Under the pieces are notes generated by a model that saw only the letters and a program-made list of their open reading frames with translations, had not been told where the DNA came from and ran no database searches. This document shows positions 1 to 9,032 of a stretch of DNA of 27,257 nt, one piece after another. Position numbers and translations under genes: made by a program. Within the stretch, counting starts at the first letter, position 1, and each line of letters opens with the position of its first letter. The DNA lies in contig CAZHPN010000021.1 in the NCBI GenBank assembly GCA_964534375.1, positions 21,551-48,807 of the forward strand, written 5' to 3'. The stretch comes from an uncultured bacterium (GTDB lineage: Bacteria; Lernaellota; Lernaellaia; Lernaellales; Lernaellaceae).

Positions 1-630
1 TTGCCACGCCGGCAGGTATTGGCGCCACAGGTCCGGGTTTTTTTCGAAGTAGGAGCGCACGAGGTCGCCGTTCAGAAACATCGGCTCGCCCAGGTTCGAC
101 AGCGAAAAAATCAGCAGATCGGGTTGCAGGCCGAGCACCTGCCGCGCCAGGCGGACCGACTGACCCATTTTGTGGCCGCAGACTCCGAAATTCCAAACCT
201 CGAATTTCCCGCAGCCCCGCGCGTTGAGCAGGTCTTCGAGCCGCGCCGGCCAGGCCTGGTCGTCCCGCACGTCCGCGCCGAAAACCGTGGACCCGCCCAG
301 ACAAAGAATGCGATAAACGCTGGCCGCTTTGGCCGCGCTCCGTTCGGGCCCGCGGGCGCCCTGCGAATTCACGTCCACGCGATGCCAGCCGAGGCGGCCG
401 TACGTGTCGACGTGCGAATCCGGTTTGAGACGATTGAGCAGCGCCGGGTCGGGGTCGGCCAAATGGCTTTCGCGGTATTGATCCCAGCGGGTGAGGTTCT
501 TCTTCAGAATTCGCCAATCGACGTTTGTCGCGCGCACCACCAGTTCGCCAAGCACGCAGCCGGCCAGCAGCGCCAGGAACACGGCGGCGAATTCGAAGGC
601 GGTTCGTTTTCGCCGGGCTTGGACGCGCAT
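1..630 (-). CDS. SGNH/GDSL hydrolase family protein with N-terminal membrane anchor (partial, runs off left edge)
   Basis: Not in the ORF track because it has no stop in the window. Manual translation from ATG 630 (TGATG overlap with the upstream stop): MRVQARRKRTAFEFAAVFLALLAGCVLGELVVR...VNSQGARG...YRILCLGGSTVFG...WPARLE...EVWNFGVCG...PDLLIF. SGNH block I (GGS) and block II (NxG) motifs; open for 210 codons. Confidence 0.8.
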   Translation of the reverse strand, partial: MRVQARRKRTAFEFAAVFLALLAGCVLGELVVRATNVDWRILKKNLTRWDQYRESHLADPDPALLNRLKPDSHVDTYGRLGWHRVDVNSQGARGPERSAAKAASVYRILCLGGSTVFGADVRDDQAWPARLEDLLNARGCGKFEVWNFGVCGHKMGQSVRLARQVLGLQPDLLIFSLSNLGEPMFLNGDLVRSYFEKNPDLWRQYLPAWQ

Positions 631-2612
631 CACCGCAACCGCGCCGGCAAGATCACCATCGGCATGCCGACCCATTGCAGGCGCGCCTGAATCGCGTACG
701 CGGTCTCGTTGTGCAGCAGACGATGATACCAGCGTTCGCGTTCGAAAATGACTTTGCCGGCGAAAAAGGTGATTTCGGGGAAATCCTGGCGCACCTTCTT
801 GCAGAGTTTTTCGGCCGCGTCCACGATGTCGGCGCCGATGTCATAGCGGCTGGTCGCCGGAATCTTCAGACCGCGCGCGAGTTCCTCGTATTGGTGCAGG
901 GTTCCTTCGGTGCGCTGGCGCACTTCCGCCAGGACGTCGTCGCCGCGAAAGGCGCCGGAATCCACCGCGCCGACCGAGAGAAACACGACGTTCTTGAAGT
1001 GGCTGGGGAAGACGCGGAAGACTTGCAACAACGTGTGAATGCCGAGGCCGCCGTAGGCCGCGACGAGCACGCCGGCCGTCGGCTGGCTGGGATCGACGTC
1101 CAGCGTTGGCGGATCTTTCGCGAGCGGCAAACCTTCCAGATCCGTGAACAACTTCTGAAGTTTCAAGCCGATCTGGCGGTAGTGCGAACGAATGGAATAA
1201 AAGAGAGCCACGACGGCGGTGGTGACGGCGATCGTAATCCAGCCGCCTTCGCCGAACTTCTCGAGGACCGTGCCGACCAGAATCGTCGCGCAGAGCGCGA
1301 ACGCCAAGACGAACAAGGCAAACCGGCCTTTCCACGGGGCCGCTTTTGCGTTCGGCCGCCACCACGAGCGGGCCATGGCGAACATCGACAACGAGAAAGT
1401 CAGGAACACATTGATGCTGTACATGATGACCAGCTTGCGAACTTCGCCCTTCGTGGCAAGCAGGCCGGTCAAGGCGGCCGCGCCCATCAGCGCCACGCCG
1501 TTGGCGGTCGTCAGCCGGTCGGACAGCGTGGAAAAGCGGCGCGGCGCCCACGAGTCGAGGGCCATATTGGCCAGCACGCGCGGGCCGTCGATGAAGCCGG
1601 CTTGCGCGCCGACAATCAGCAGGGCGCCTTCGGAAACGAGCGTCAGGACGGTGAACACGGCGCCGCCCGGCAGCCCGTGGGTCATCTTCTCCACGAGCAC
1701 GGCGTTCATCGTCTTGCCTTCCGTGGCCGCGACGTGCCAAAGCAGATAGCAGATCAGCAAGCCCGCGGCGGTGAAGGCCAGCGAACAGGCCATGTACAAC
1801 ATCGTGCGTTTGGCCGTTCGTACGCGCGGTTCGTGCATGATCGGGATGCCGTTGGAAACCGCTTCAATGCCGGTGTACGTTCCGCCGCCCATCGAGTAGG
1901 CGTGGATGAACAGAAAGAACATGCCCGCGACGCCGAGCGTCGAGAGACCGGAATGAAAATTCACCGCCACCGTCCGGGCGGTCTCGGGCAGCGCTGGAAC
2001 GTGGGCGACGAGGCCGCCGACGATCACGATCAGGTGCGTGGCGACGAAGACCAGGAACACGGGCAAGAGCACCAGCACGGATTCCCGAACGCCGCGGATA
2101 TTGAGCGCCGACAGCAGGATCACCGCGCCGATTTCGGCCGGGACCTTCGCGACGTGCCACTCCATCGGCAAGAAACTGAACAGCGCGTCGCCGGCGGCGG
2201 CGATCGAGACGGTGATTGTCATCACGTAGTCGACCAGCAGCGCGCTGCCGGAGACCACGCCGGCGCCGGGCCCCATCAGCTTCGTCGCGACGATGTAACC
2301 GCCGCCGCCGTGGGGGAAATCCTCGATGAGTCGGCTGTAGGCGGCCGCGATCAGGAACACCGTGAGCGCGGTCATCGCCGCCAGGCCGAGCAGCAAATAG
2401 GTATGGTGGCCGACCGTGCGAAACGCTTCGTCCGGGCCGTACGATGACGAGGACAAGCCATCGGCGCCAAGGCCGACCCAGGCCAAAAACGGCAGCAGCG
2501 ACAGCCGATGGAACAGCGAGCGGTCGCCCAGGTCGCGCGGTTGGCCGATGACCAAGCGCTTCAGGCGATCGGCGACCGGCGGTTTTTCGCGGTGGCTGTC
2601 TTCGTCCGGCAA
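630..2612 (-). CDS. APC-superfamily transporter, KimA/YdaO-like potassium/H+ symporter
   Basis: Many hydrophobic helices plus a soluble C-terminal domain; motifs DGLSSSSYGPDEA, GGGGY, TGIEAVSNG and LLHNETA resemble KimA/YdaO. Start placed at TTG 2612 behind SD-like GGAGAGAGGT (ORF track starts at 2693). Confidence 0.8.
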   Translation of the reverse strand: MPDEDSHREKPPVADRLKRLVIGQPRDLGDRSLFHRLSLLPFLAWVGLGADGLSSSSYGPDEAFRTVGHHTYLLLGLAAMTALTVFLIAAAYSRLIEDFPHGGGGYIVATKLMGPGAGVVSGSALLVDYVMTITVSIAAAGDALFSFLPMEWHVAKVPAEIGAVILLSALNIRGVRESVLVLLPVFLVFVATHLIVIVGGLVAHVPALPETARTVAVNFHSGLSTLGVAGMFFLFIHAYSMGGGTYTGIEAVSNGIPIMHEPRVRTAKRTMLYMACSLAFTAAGLLICYLLWHVAATEGKTMNAVLVEKMTHGLPGGAVFTVLTLVSEGALLIVGAQAGFIDGPRVLANMALDSWAPRRFSTLSDRLTTANGVALMGAAALTGLLATKGEVRKLVIMYSINVFLTFSLSMFAMARSWWRPNAKAAPWKGRFALFVLAFALCATILVGTVLEKFGEGGWITIAVTTAVVALFYSIRSHYRQIGLKLQKLFTDLEGLPLAKDPPTLDVDPSQPTAGVLVAAYGGLGIHTLLQVFRVFPSHFKNVVFLSVGAVDSGAFRGDDVLAEVRQRTEGTLHQYEELARGLKIPATSRYDIGADIVDAAEKLCKKVRQDFPEITFFAGKVIFERERWYHRLLHNETAYAIQARLQWVGMPMVILPARLR

Positions 2613-2701
2613 GCTGGCTGACCTCTCTCCCCGCGTTGCAACAGATGTTGGAAAATAAAACCCGGCTGCCGCCAAAAGGAACGGACGAAACAATGGAACG
2701 T

Positions 2702-2730
2702 AGATTAGACCGCACGCCGGCCGGCGTCAA
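2702..2730 (-). promoter_or_regulatory. sigma70-type promoter for the KimA-like/SGNH genes
   Basis: TTGACG-17 nt-TAATCT on the minus strand, about 90 nt upstream of the TTG start. Confidence 0.6.
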
Positions 2731-2796
2731 TTCGGCGGCGCGCGCCGATACCCGTCTCTCGGCGTCATTCGCCCGACGGCCAAATCCGGAGAAAAA

Positions 2797-3054
2797 TCAG
2801 TTGCTTTCCTTGTGGATCGCTTCGGCGATGCGCTGCCGCGCCGATTCGGGCAACGGCGGCAGCGTCGCGCTTTCGTCGTCCAGGAAATGACCGAGATCGT
2901 TGGCGTGCCGGCGCAGCCACTTGAGCTGACGATCGTAGCGCCTGCAGCCGTCGCAAAAGAGCAGATGCGCCTTGAGCAACACGGACTCGAGTTTGGTCAG
3001 CGGCCGATCCAAGGACTGCGAGGATAGCCACGAAGCGCCGCGGCACGAAATCAT
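2797..3054 (-). CDS. zinc-binding anti-sigma factor (zf-HC2/ZAS), soluble, 85 aa
   Basis: MISCRGASWLSSQSLDRPL...HLLFCDGC, i.e. Cys plus HxxxCxxC; ATGA overlap with the ECF sigma stop at 3051-3054. Confidence 0.85.
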   Translation of the reverse strand: MISCRGASWLSSQSLDRPLTKLESVLLKAHLLFCDGCRRYDRQLKWLRRHANDLGHFLDDESATLPPLPESARQRIAEAIHKESN

Positions 3055-3644
3055 CCCGGCTCCTTTCGTACGCTCTTGCTCTCCCACTTGATTTCCAGGC
3101 ATTGCCGCAAAGCCATCCGCGCGCGATGCAACCTCACCCATAGATTATTCGGAGAAATATGCAAAACCTTACACACTTCTTCGGCGTCGAGGCCGTCAAT
3201 TTCGCGAAGCGCGTACGCATCCGCCGTTTTCGCCGGCAGCGTTCGCAGGCAATCGTGCAGCAATTCCCAAAATTCTTTCTGCTCGAGGGCCTGTTCCGGA
3301 TCCATCGCCCATTGGCCCGGCGAGGCCGCCCACAGGCCGAACCAGTTGAAATCGGTCCGTAACGCCTCGTCGGCGTCGGTTTCGCCGAACGCGGCCTTTT
3401 CGCGGTAGATCCGCCGCAGATGGTCGAGAACTTTGTGCTTGAGAATGCCGACGAGCCAGGTGCGCTCCGACGAATGGCCGGAAAATCCCGCGCGGTTCCG
3501 CAGCGCGGCGATGAAGGTCTCCTGGACCATCTCCTCCGCCGTCGTCGGATCGCGCAGGCGAAACAGGGCATAACGATAGAGGTAGTCGCCGTGGCGCTCG
3601 ACCCATAACTCAGGATTGGTTCGTTCGACCTCGTCGGTCGCCAT
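3051..3644 (-). CDS. ECF RNA polymerase sigma-70 factor (TIGR02943-like)
   Basis: Region 2 (AEEMVQETFIAA...FSGHSSERTWLVGILKHKVLD) and region 4 (LREIDGLDAEEVCKVLHISPNNLWVRLHRAR); start at ATG 3644 (MATDEV) with GAGGG upstream. Confidence 0.9.
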   Translation of the reverse strand: MATDEVERTNPELWVERHGDYLYRYALFRLRDPTTAEEMVQETFIAALRNRAGFSGHSSERTWLVGILKHKVLDHLRRIYREKAAFGETDADEALRTDFNWFGLWAASPGQWAMDPEQALEQKEFWELLHDCLRTLPAKTADAYALREIDGLDAEEVCKVLHISPNNLWVRLHRARMALRQCLEIKWESKSVRKEPG

Positions 3645-3798
3645 CGCGCCCTCGAATCCGGGGAAGTTCGCTGCAAATAATATAAGCAGCGCCGTCATGC
3701 GGCGCCAAGGCGGGTCGTGCGGGACCGGGTTCACGGTCGGCCGGAATTCGCGAGGCCCAGTTGTTACGCCTCGTCGGCCTCGAACTCAAACCTGACGG

Positions 3799-4524
3799 TC
3801 ACCGGCAGTTGGTGCAGACGTTGAGCGACGCCGGGTCGATGCCCATGCGTTTGGCGAACTGGTGCGACAGGGCGTCGGGCAACCAGTAATTGCCGCACTT
3901 CTCGCAGACCAGCATGTCGACTTCGCGATGCCAGCGCTTCAGCCAGCGCTTGCCGCCGGCCTCGCCGAACTCGATGCACTGCGTCGGGCAGGCGAAGGCG
4001 CACGCGCCGCAGGCGATGCAGACCGGGTTTTCCGCGTCGAAGGGCGAGACCGCCCGCCGTTCGAACCCGCGGCCTTCGAAACCAAGCGCCGCCACGCCGA
4101 CGATGTCGCGGCAGATTTGCACACACAGGCCGCAGAGAATGCAGTCGTCGTTCTTTTTTTGGAAGCGCGGGTGCGGCGCGAGAACGCCGTATTGGGCGGC
4201 CAGTTTTTGAATCGGTTCTTCGTCGGGACAGCGCGCCAGCAGCAGGTTGAGCAACATTGCGCGATGGCGGTGAATGCGCGGCGAGTCCGTTTGCACGGCG
4301 ATTTCGCGCCGCACCGTATAGACGCAGGACGGGACGACGCGGGTCTTGCGGCCTTCGTTGACTTCCACCGAGCAAATGCGGCACACGCCGTAGGCGGCGA
4401 CGTTGTCGTTGTGGCACAGGGTCGGCACGTCGACGCCGGCGTCGCGGCAGGCGGTCAGCAGGGGCGTGTCGTAGGGAACGGCGGTCGGCCGGCCGTTGAT
4501 GGTGAGGTTGATCAAATCAGCCAT
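3799..4524 (-). CDS. HydA/NuoG N-terminal-like (BfuA/HoxU-type) Fe-S subunit without catalytic domain
   Basis: [2Fe-2S] motif PTLC..GVCRIC..SC; two ferredoxin motifs CILCGLCVQIC and CIACGACAFACP; extra C-terminal CEKC...CTNC; 241 aa with no H-cluster or molybdopterin domain. Confidence 0.85.
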   Translation of the reverse strand: MADLINLTINGRPTAVPYDTPLLTACRDAGVDVPTLCHNDNVAAYGVCRICSVEVNEGRKTRVVPSCVYTVRREIAVQTDSPRIHRHRAMLLNLLLARCPDEEPIQKLAAQYGVLAPHPRFQKKNDDCILCGLCVQICRDIVGVAALGFEGRGFERRAVSPFDAENPVCIACGACAFACPTQCIEFGEAGGKRWLKRWHREVDMLVCEKCGNYWLPDALSHQFAKRMGIDPASLNVCTNCR

Positions 4525-4527
4525 CGG

Positions 4528-6384
4528 TCACTCCTTGATGATCGCGTCGGCGGGGCAGATTTCGTAGCACTGGCCGCATTTGATGCACTTTTCGACGAGG
4601 ATGCGGTGCACGACTTTCTTCTGACCCTCGACGGCCGCAGCCGGGCACACGCGTTTGCAGGCGCCGCACGCGGTGCAGCGGTCGGGCAGCACTTTGTAGG
4701 TGATCAGCGGCGGGCAGACGCCGGCCGGGCAGCGCTTGTGGTGAATGTGCGCCTCGTACTCGCTGCGGAAGAAGCGCAGCGTCGATTCGACCGGATTGGG
4801 CGCGGTCTGCCCGAGGGCGCAGAGGCTGCACTCGCGGATCGTGCCCGCGAGCGTTTCGATCAGGTCGAGGTCGCCGTCCTGGCCTTTGCCGTCGCAGATG
4901 TCCTGCAAGATGCCGCGCATCTGCGTCAGGCCTTCGCGGCACGGCAGGCACTTGCCGCAGCTTTCGTCGCTGAGGAACGCGGTGAAGTAGCGGGCGAGTT
5001 CCACCATGCAGGTGTTTTCGTCCATGACGATCATGCCGCCCGAGCCCATCATCGAGCCGACGTCGTACAGCTTGTCGAAATCCACCGGCAGGTCGAGGTG
5101 CTCGGCGGGGATGCAGCCGCCCGACGGCCCGCCGGTCTGCACGGCCTTGAATTTCTTTTCCTTCGGGATGCCGCCGCCGATGTTGTAAATGATGTCGCGC
5201 AACGTGATGCCCATCGGCACTTCGATGAGGCCCGTGTTGTTGACCTTGCCGACGAGCGAAAAGATCTTGGTGCCGGGGCTGCCCTCGGTGCCGATCTTGC
5301 GATATTCGTCGGCGCCGTGCAGCACGATGTACGGCACGTTCGCCCAGGTCTCGACGTTGTTCAGGTTCGTCGGCCGGTTGTAAAGGCCGTGCTCGACCGT
5401 GTGCACGTACTTGGCGCGCGGTTCGCCGGCCTGGCCTTCGAGCGAAGCCATCAGCGCGGTGGATTCGCCGCAGACGAAGGCGCCGCCGCCGCGGCTGATC
5501 TTGATGTCGTACGAGAAATCCGTGCCCAGGATGTTCTTGCCCAGCAACCCGGCGGCCCGCGCCTGGTCGATCGCGATGGTCGCGTTCTGGACGGCCAGCG
5601 GATATTCGTTGCGCACGTAGATGTAGCCGTCGTTCGAGCCGATGGCGTACGCGCCGATAACCATGCCTTCGAGCACCGAATGGGGATTGCCCTCCAGCAA
5701 CGAGCGATCCATGTAAGCGCCCGGGTCGCCTTCGTCGGCGTTGCAGACGACGTATTTCGGCGAGCCTTTCGCGTTCCGGCAGCTTTCCCATTTTACACCG
5801 GCCGGGAAGCCGCCGCCGCCGCGCCCGCGCAAGCCGGCCCTCTTCACCTCGGCGATGATCTGGTCCGATTGCATGGTCGCCAGCGCCTTCGCCAGCGCGG
5901 CGTAGCCGCCGAGCGCGATGTAGTCGTCGAGCGAGGTGGGGTCGATCGCGCCGTTATTGCCGAAAATCAGGCGGCGCTGGTGCTTGTAGAACGGCACGTC
6001 GTGCTCGTGCAGCACCTTTTGGTCCTTGTCGGTTTTGTCCGCGTAGAGCAGGCGGTCGATGACTTCGCCGGTCTTTACGGTTTTCTCGACGATCTCAGGC
6101 ACGTCTTTCGCGGAGACGACCTGATAAAAAACCCGCTGCGGATGAATCACGACCAGCGTGCCGCGTTCGCAGAAACCGTGGCAGCCGGTGGCGCGGAATT
6201 CGACTTTGTCGGCGAGCCCCTGCTCGGCCAATTCTTTCTTGAACGCCGCGACGACCTGATTGGCGCCGCAACCGATGCAACCCGTGCCGGCGCAAACCGC
6301 GACCATGACGCGCTGCGGATCGCGGCCCGCGACGAGTTGGCCGCGGTATTCTTCCAAGGCCGCAAAGCTGGTGAGCCTTTCCAT
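4528..6384 (-). CDS. HydB/NuoF-like (BfuB-type) NAD(H)/FMN-binding subunit with C-terminal 2[4Fe-4S]
   Basis: N-terminal thioredoxin-like [2Fe-2S] (CAGTGC, GCHGFC), GLRGRGGGGFP, CNADEGDPGAYMDR, GGPSGGC, ESCGKCLPCREG, HKRCPAGVC, CTACGAC and CIKCGQC. Confidence 0.92.
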   Translation of the reverse strand: MERLTSFAALEEYRGQLVAGRDPQRVMVAVCAGTGCIGCGANQVVAAFKKELAEQGLADKVEFRATGCHGFCERGTLVVIHPQRVFYQVVSAKDVPEIVEKTVKTGEVIDRLLYADKTDKDQKVLHEHDVPFYKHQRRLIFGNNGAIDPTSLDDYIALGGYAALAKALATMQSDQIIAEVKRAGLRGRGGGGFPAGVKWESCRNAKGSPKYVVCNADEGDPGAYMDRSLLEGNPHSVLEGMVIGAYAIGSNDGYIYVRNEYPLAVQNATIAIDQARAAGLLGKNILGTDFSYDIKISRGGGAFVCGESTALMASLEGQAGEPRAKYVHTVEHGLYNRPTNLNNVETWANVPYIVLHGADEYRKIGTEGSPGTKIFSLVGKVNNTGLIEVPMGITLRDIIYNIGGGIPKEKKFKAVQTGGPSGGCIPAEHLDLPVDFDKLYDVGSMMGSGGMIVMDENTCMVELARYFTAFLSDESCGKCLPCREGLTQMRGILQDICDGKGQDGDLDLIETLAGTIRECSLCALGQTAPNPVESTLRFFRSEYEAHIHHKRCPAGVCPPLITYKVLPDRCTACGACKRVCPAAAVEGQKKVVHRILVEKCIKCGQCYEICPADAIIKE

Positions 6385-6388
6385 TGCG

Positions 6389-6868
6389 CTAGTCCTCTTT
6401 CTTCTTCAGGTTGGCCACGATCCGCTTCATTTTTTGCAAACTGGCGTGGCCGACGTATTCGTGATCGACGACCACCAGCGGACCCAGCGCGCAACTGCCG
6501 AGGCAGTTGACCGTGTCCAGCGAGAACTTCAGGTCTTTGGAGGTGCCGCCCGGCGGCAAGTCCAGTTCGCGGGCGATCTGGTCGAGAATGAGTTTCGAGC
6601 CGCGCACATGGCACGCCGTGCCCATGCAGACATGAAATTCGTGCCTGCCCTTCGGTTTGAGGCTGAACGCCTTGTAGAACGTCGCGACGTGATAAACGCG
6701 CGCGACCGGCACGTTCAGCTTGTCGCTCAAGTACAATAACGCGTCGTGCGGCAGGTACCGGTATTCGGTTTGAATGTCCTGCAGCATCAAAATCAGGTTC
6801 GCCGACGTCCCGCCGTTTTTCCGGACGATGGCGTCGACGGTCTCCGGGGCGAAAGTCTCAGCGCCCAT
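6389..6868 (-). CDS. HydC/NuoE-like (BfuC-type) [2Fe-2S] subunit, 159 aa
   Basis: VATFYKAF, VCMGTACHVRG, NCLGSCALGP; start at ATG 6868, 2 nt after the porB stop. Confidence 0.9.
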   Translation of the reverse strand: MGAETFAPETVDAIVRKNGGTSANLILMLQDIQTEYRYLPHDALLYLSDKLNVPVARVYHVATFYKAFSLKPKGRHEFHVCMGTACHVRGSKLILDQIARELDLPPGGTSKDLKFSLDTVNCLGSCALGPLVVVDHEYVGHASLQKMKRIVANLKKKED

Positions 6869-6870
6869 GA

Positions 6871-7842
6871 TCACATCCCCGCTCTGGCTTTGAGGGCCGT
6901 CCAGTCCGCGCGCAGACGCTCGCGGATTTGGGCGAGCAATTCGTCTTTGGTTTTGAGGTGGCGGTACCGGCCTTGCTGGAAGAGATAGTTCGACAGCTCG
7001 GCCATGGGATCGTCCACCGATTTTTTGATCGCCTCGATGTCGAGGTTGATGGTGTATTTGCCCGCGTCCACTTCGTAAAGCGGGAACATGCCGCTTTCGA
7101 CCGCCAACCGGCCGAGGCGGATGCCCAGGTTGGCCTCGCAGCGCCAACCCGTGGGGCAGGGCGCAAACACGTGCAGCACGGCCGGACCATTGACCGTCGC
7201 CGCTTTCTTGACCTTGCGAATCAGGTCGAACGGATAGCTCGGGCAGGCCGTCGCCACGTACGGAATGCGATGCGCGGCGCAGATTTCCGCGAAATTCTTC
7301 TTCCACGTGGTCTGCCCTTCGGGATTCGCGCGGCCCGTCGGGCTCGTGGTCGTCGAGGCGCCCAGCGGCGTGGCCGACGAGCGCTGAATGCCGGTGTTCA
7401 TGTACGCTTCGTTGTCGTAGCAGACGTAGAAGAAATCCGTGCCGCGTTCGAGCGCGCCCGAAAGCGCCTGCAGGCCGATGTCGAGGGTGGCCCCGTCGCC
7501 GCCGATGGCCATCACCGCGATTTTGTTCGGCCGGTCATGATAGAAACGCTGCTTGCGTTTGAGGACTTCGATGCCCGCGCTGACGCCCGAGGCGACGGCG
7601 GCGGCGTTTTCGAAAGCGGCGTGAATCCACGGCACGCGCCAGGCGTTGAACGGATACGGGCTGGAAATGATTTCCATGCAGCCGGTCGCGTTGCAGACGA
7701 TCAGGTCGCGGCCGGTCGCCTTGGTGATTTGCCGCAGCATCAGGGCCGGAATGCAGCCCTGGCAGGCGCGGTGCCCTTGCACGAACAGCTCTTCCTGCGG
7801 CAGCAGCCGGGCGGCGTAGACGCCGTAATTGACATCGTTCAT
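6871..7842 (-). CDS. porB: pyruvate/2-oxoacid:ferredoxin oxidoreductase beta subunit (TPP-binding)
   Basis: GHRACQGC, ATGCMEI, GGDG...YDNEAYMNTGIQRS TPP motif, CPTGW; ATGA overlap with porA stop. Confidence 0.9.
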   Translation of the reverse strand: MNDVNYGVYAARLLPQEELFVQGHRACQGCIPALMLRQITKATGRDLIVCNATGCMEIISSPYPFNAWRVPWIHAAFENAAAVASGVSAGIEVLKRKQRFYHDRPNKIAVMAIGGDGATLDIGLQALSGALERGTDFFYVCYDNEAYMNTGIQRSSATPLGASTTTSPTGRANPEGQTTWKKNFAEICAAHRIPYVATACPSYPFDLIRKVKKAATVNGPAVLHVFAPCPTGWRCEANLGIRLGRLAVESGMFPLYEVDAGKYTINLDIEAIKKSVDDPMAELSNYLFQQGRYRHLKTKDELLAQIRERLRADWTALKARAGM

Positions 7843-9032
7843 TCGCGCACCCCCACCATTTCGTAAATCGGCGCCGCGCCGCGGTCGATGTAGTCGATGC
7901 CCTTTTGGATCATGGCGCGGAAGTCGCCGACCGTGACGTCGCGGCCGCCGAGGCCGCCGATGAAGCCGACGACCGTCGGCCGCTGGGGCAGGTTGTACAG
8001 GCTGGCCTTGATTTCCGTGGCCGCAGGTCCGCCGGTTCCGGCGACGCTGAGGCAGCGATCGAAGACGATGACGCCTTTGACGCCGGCGAGCGCCTGGCGA
8101 ATTTTCTCGTGCGGGAACGGCCGCCACAACCGCAGGCGAATCTGCCCGACCTTGACCCCGGCGGCGCGCAATTCGTCAATGGCGACCGAGGCGGTCTCGC
8201 CCAGTCCGCCGATCGTGACCAGCAGATAGTCGGCGCCCTCGGTCCGGTACGGTTCGACGGCCGCGTACGACCGGCCGAACTCCCTGGCGAATTTCTCCCA
8301 AATTTCCTCGATGACCGCCTGGCTGTCGATCAGCGCGACGTCGTGCGCCTTCTTGGTTTCGGTGTAGACCTCGGGAATGCCCACGGGGCCGAACATCTTC
8401 GGATCGCGCGGGTCGAGCCGTTGCAGGGGCTGATAGACGCCGAGGAAATCGCGGATTTTCCCGGTCGGGTAGAACACCATCGGCTCGATCACGTGGCTCA
8501 TTTGGAAGCCGTCCATATTGACGATGGTCGGCAACGTGACGCGATGGTCCTCGGCGATCTTGAACGCGCAGATGGTCTGGTCGATCACTTCCTGGCCGTT
8601 TTCCGTGAAGATCTGCACCCACCCCGTGTCGCGTTCGGCCATGATGTCGCTTTGGTCGCCCCAGATGTTGATCGGGGCGGAGAGCGCGCGGTTGACGCAC
8701 GACATGACGATCGGCAGCCGCATGCCCGACGCGATGTAGAGCATCTCGTGCATCAGCGCGAGGCCCTGGCTGGAGGTCGCCGTAAAGGTGCGAGCGCCGA
8801 CCGCCGACATGCCGATGCAGGCGCTCATCGCCGAATGTTCGGATTCCACGGGCATGAACGCCGCGTCCAAATCGCCGTCGGCGACGAGTTCGGCCAGGTG
8901 CTCGACGATATGCGTTTGCGGCGTGATCGGGTAGGCCGCGATGCAATCGACGTCGCACTGGGCGACGACTTCGGCCTGCGCAATCGACACTTCCATGCCA
9001 ATCGGCTTGCCGGGCGTAATTCGGCCGCTCAT
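7839..9032 (-). CDS. porA: pyruvate/2-oxoacid:ferredoxin oxidoreductase alpha subunit
   Basis: AYPITPQT, VESEHSAMS, TATSSQGLALM, NRALSAPINIWGDQSD; SD GGAGGAGG; ATGA overlap with the delta subunit stop. Confidence 0.92.
   Translation of the reverse strand: MSGRITPGKPIGMEVSIAQAEVVAQCDVDCIAAYPITPQTHIVEHLAELVADGDLDAAFMPVESEHSAMSACIGMSAVGARTFTATSSQGLALMHEMLYIASGMRLPIVMSCVNRALSAPINIWGDQSDIMAERDTGWVQIFTENGQEVIDQTICAFKIAEDHRVTLPTIVNMDGFQMSHVIEPMVFYPTGKIRDFLGVYQPLQRLDPRDPKMFGPVGIPEVYTETKKAHDVALIDSQAVIEEIWEKFAREFGRSYAAVEPYRTEGADYLLVTIGGLGETASVAIDELRAAGVKVGQIRLRLWRPFPHEKIRQALAGVKGVIVFDRCLSVAGTGGPAATEIKASLYNLPQRPTVVGFIGGLGGRDVTVGDFRAMIQKGIDYIDRGAAPIYEMVGVRE

Noticed and set aside
1..690. 229 aa plus-strand ORF at the window start
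   Set aside because: The opposite strand encodes a clear SGNH hydrolase
3764..3801. Selenocysteine read-through of the TGA at 3799-3801, or a BrnT-like remnant (FEFEADEA*)
   Set aside because: Downstream frame is not protein-like, no SECIS-like hairpin seen, and the remnant is too short to support
3799..6868. Annotation as respiratory complex I nuoEFG or as a hydrogenase
   Set aside because: No other nuo genes, no H-cluster or NiFe subunit, and the G-like subunit is only 241 aa
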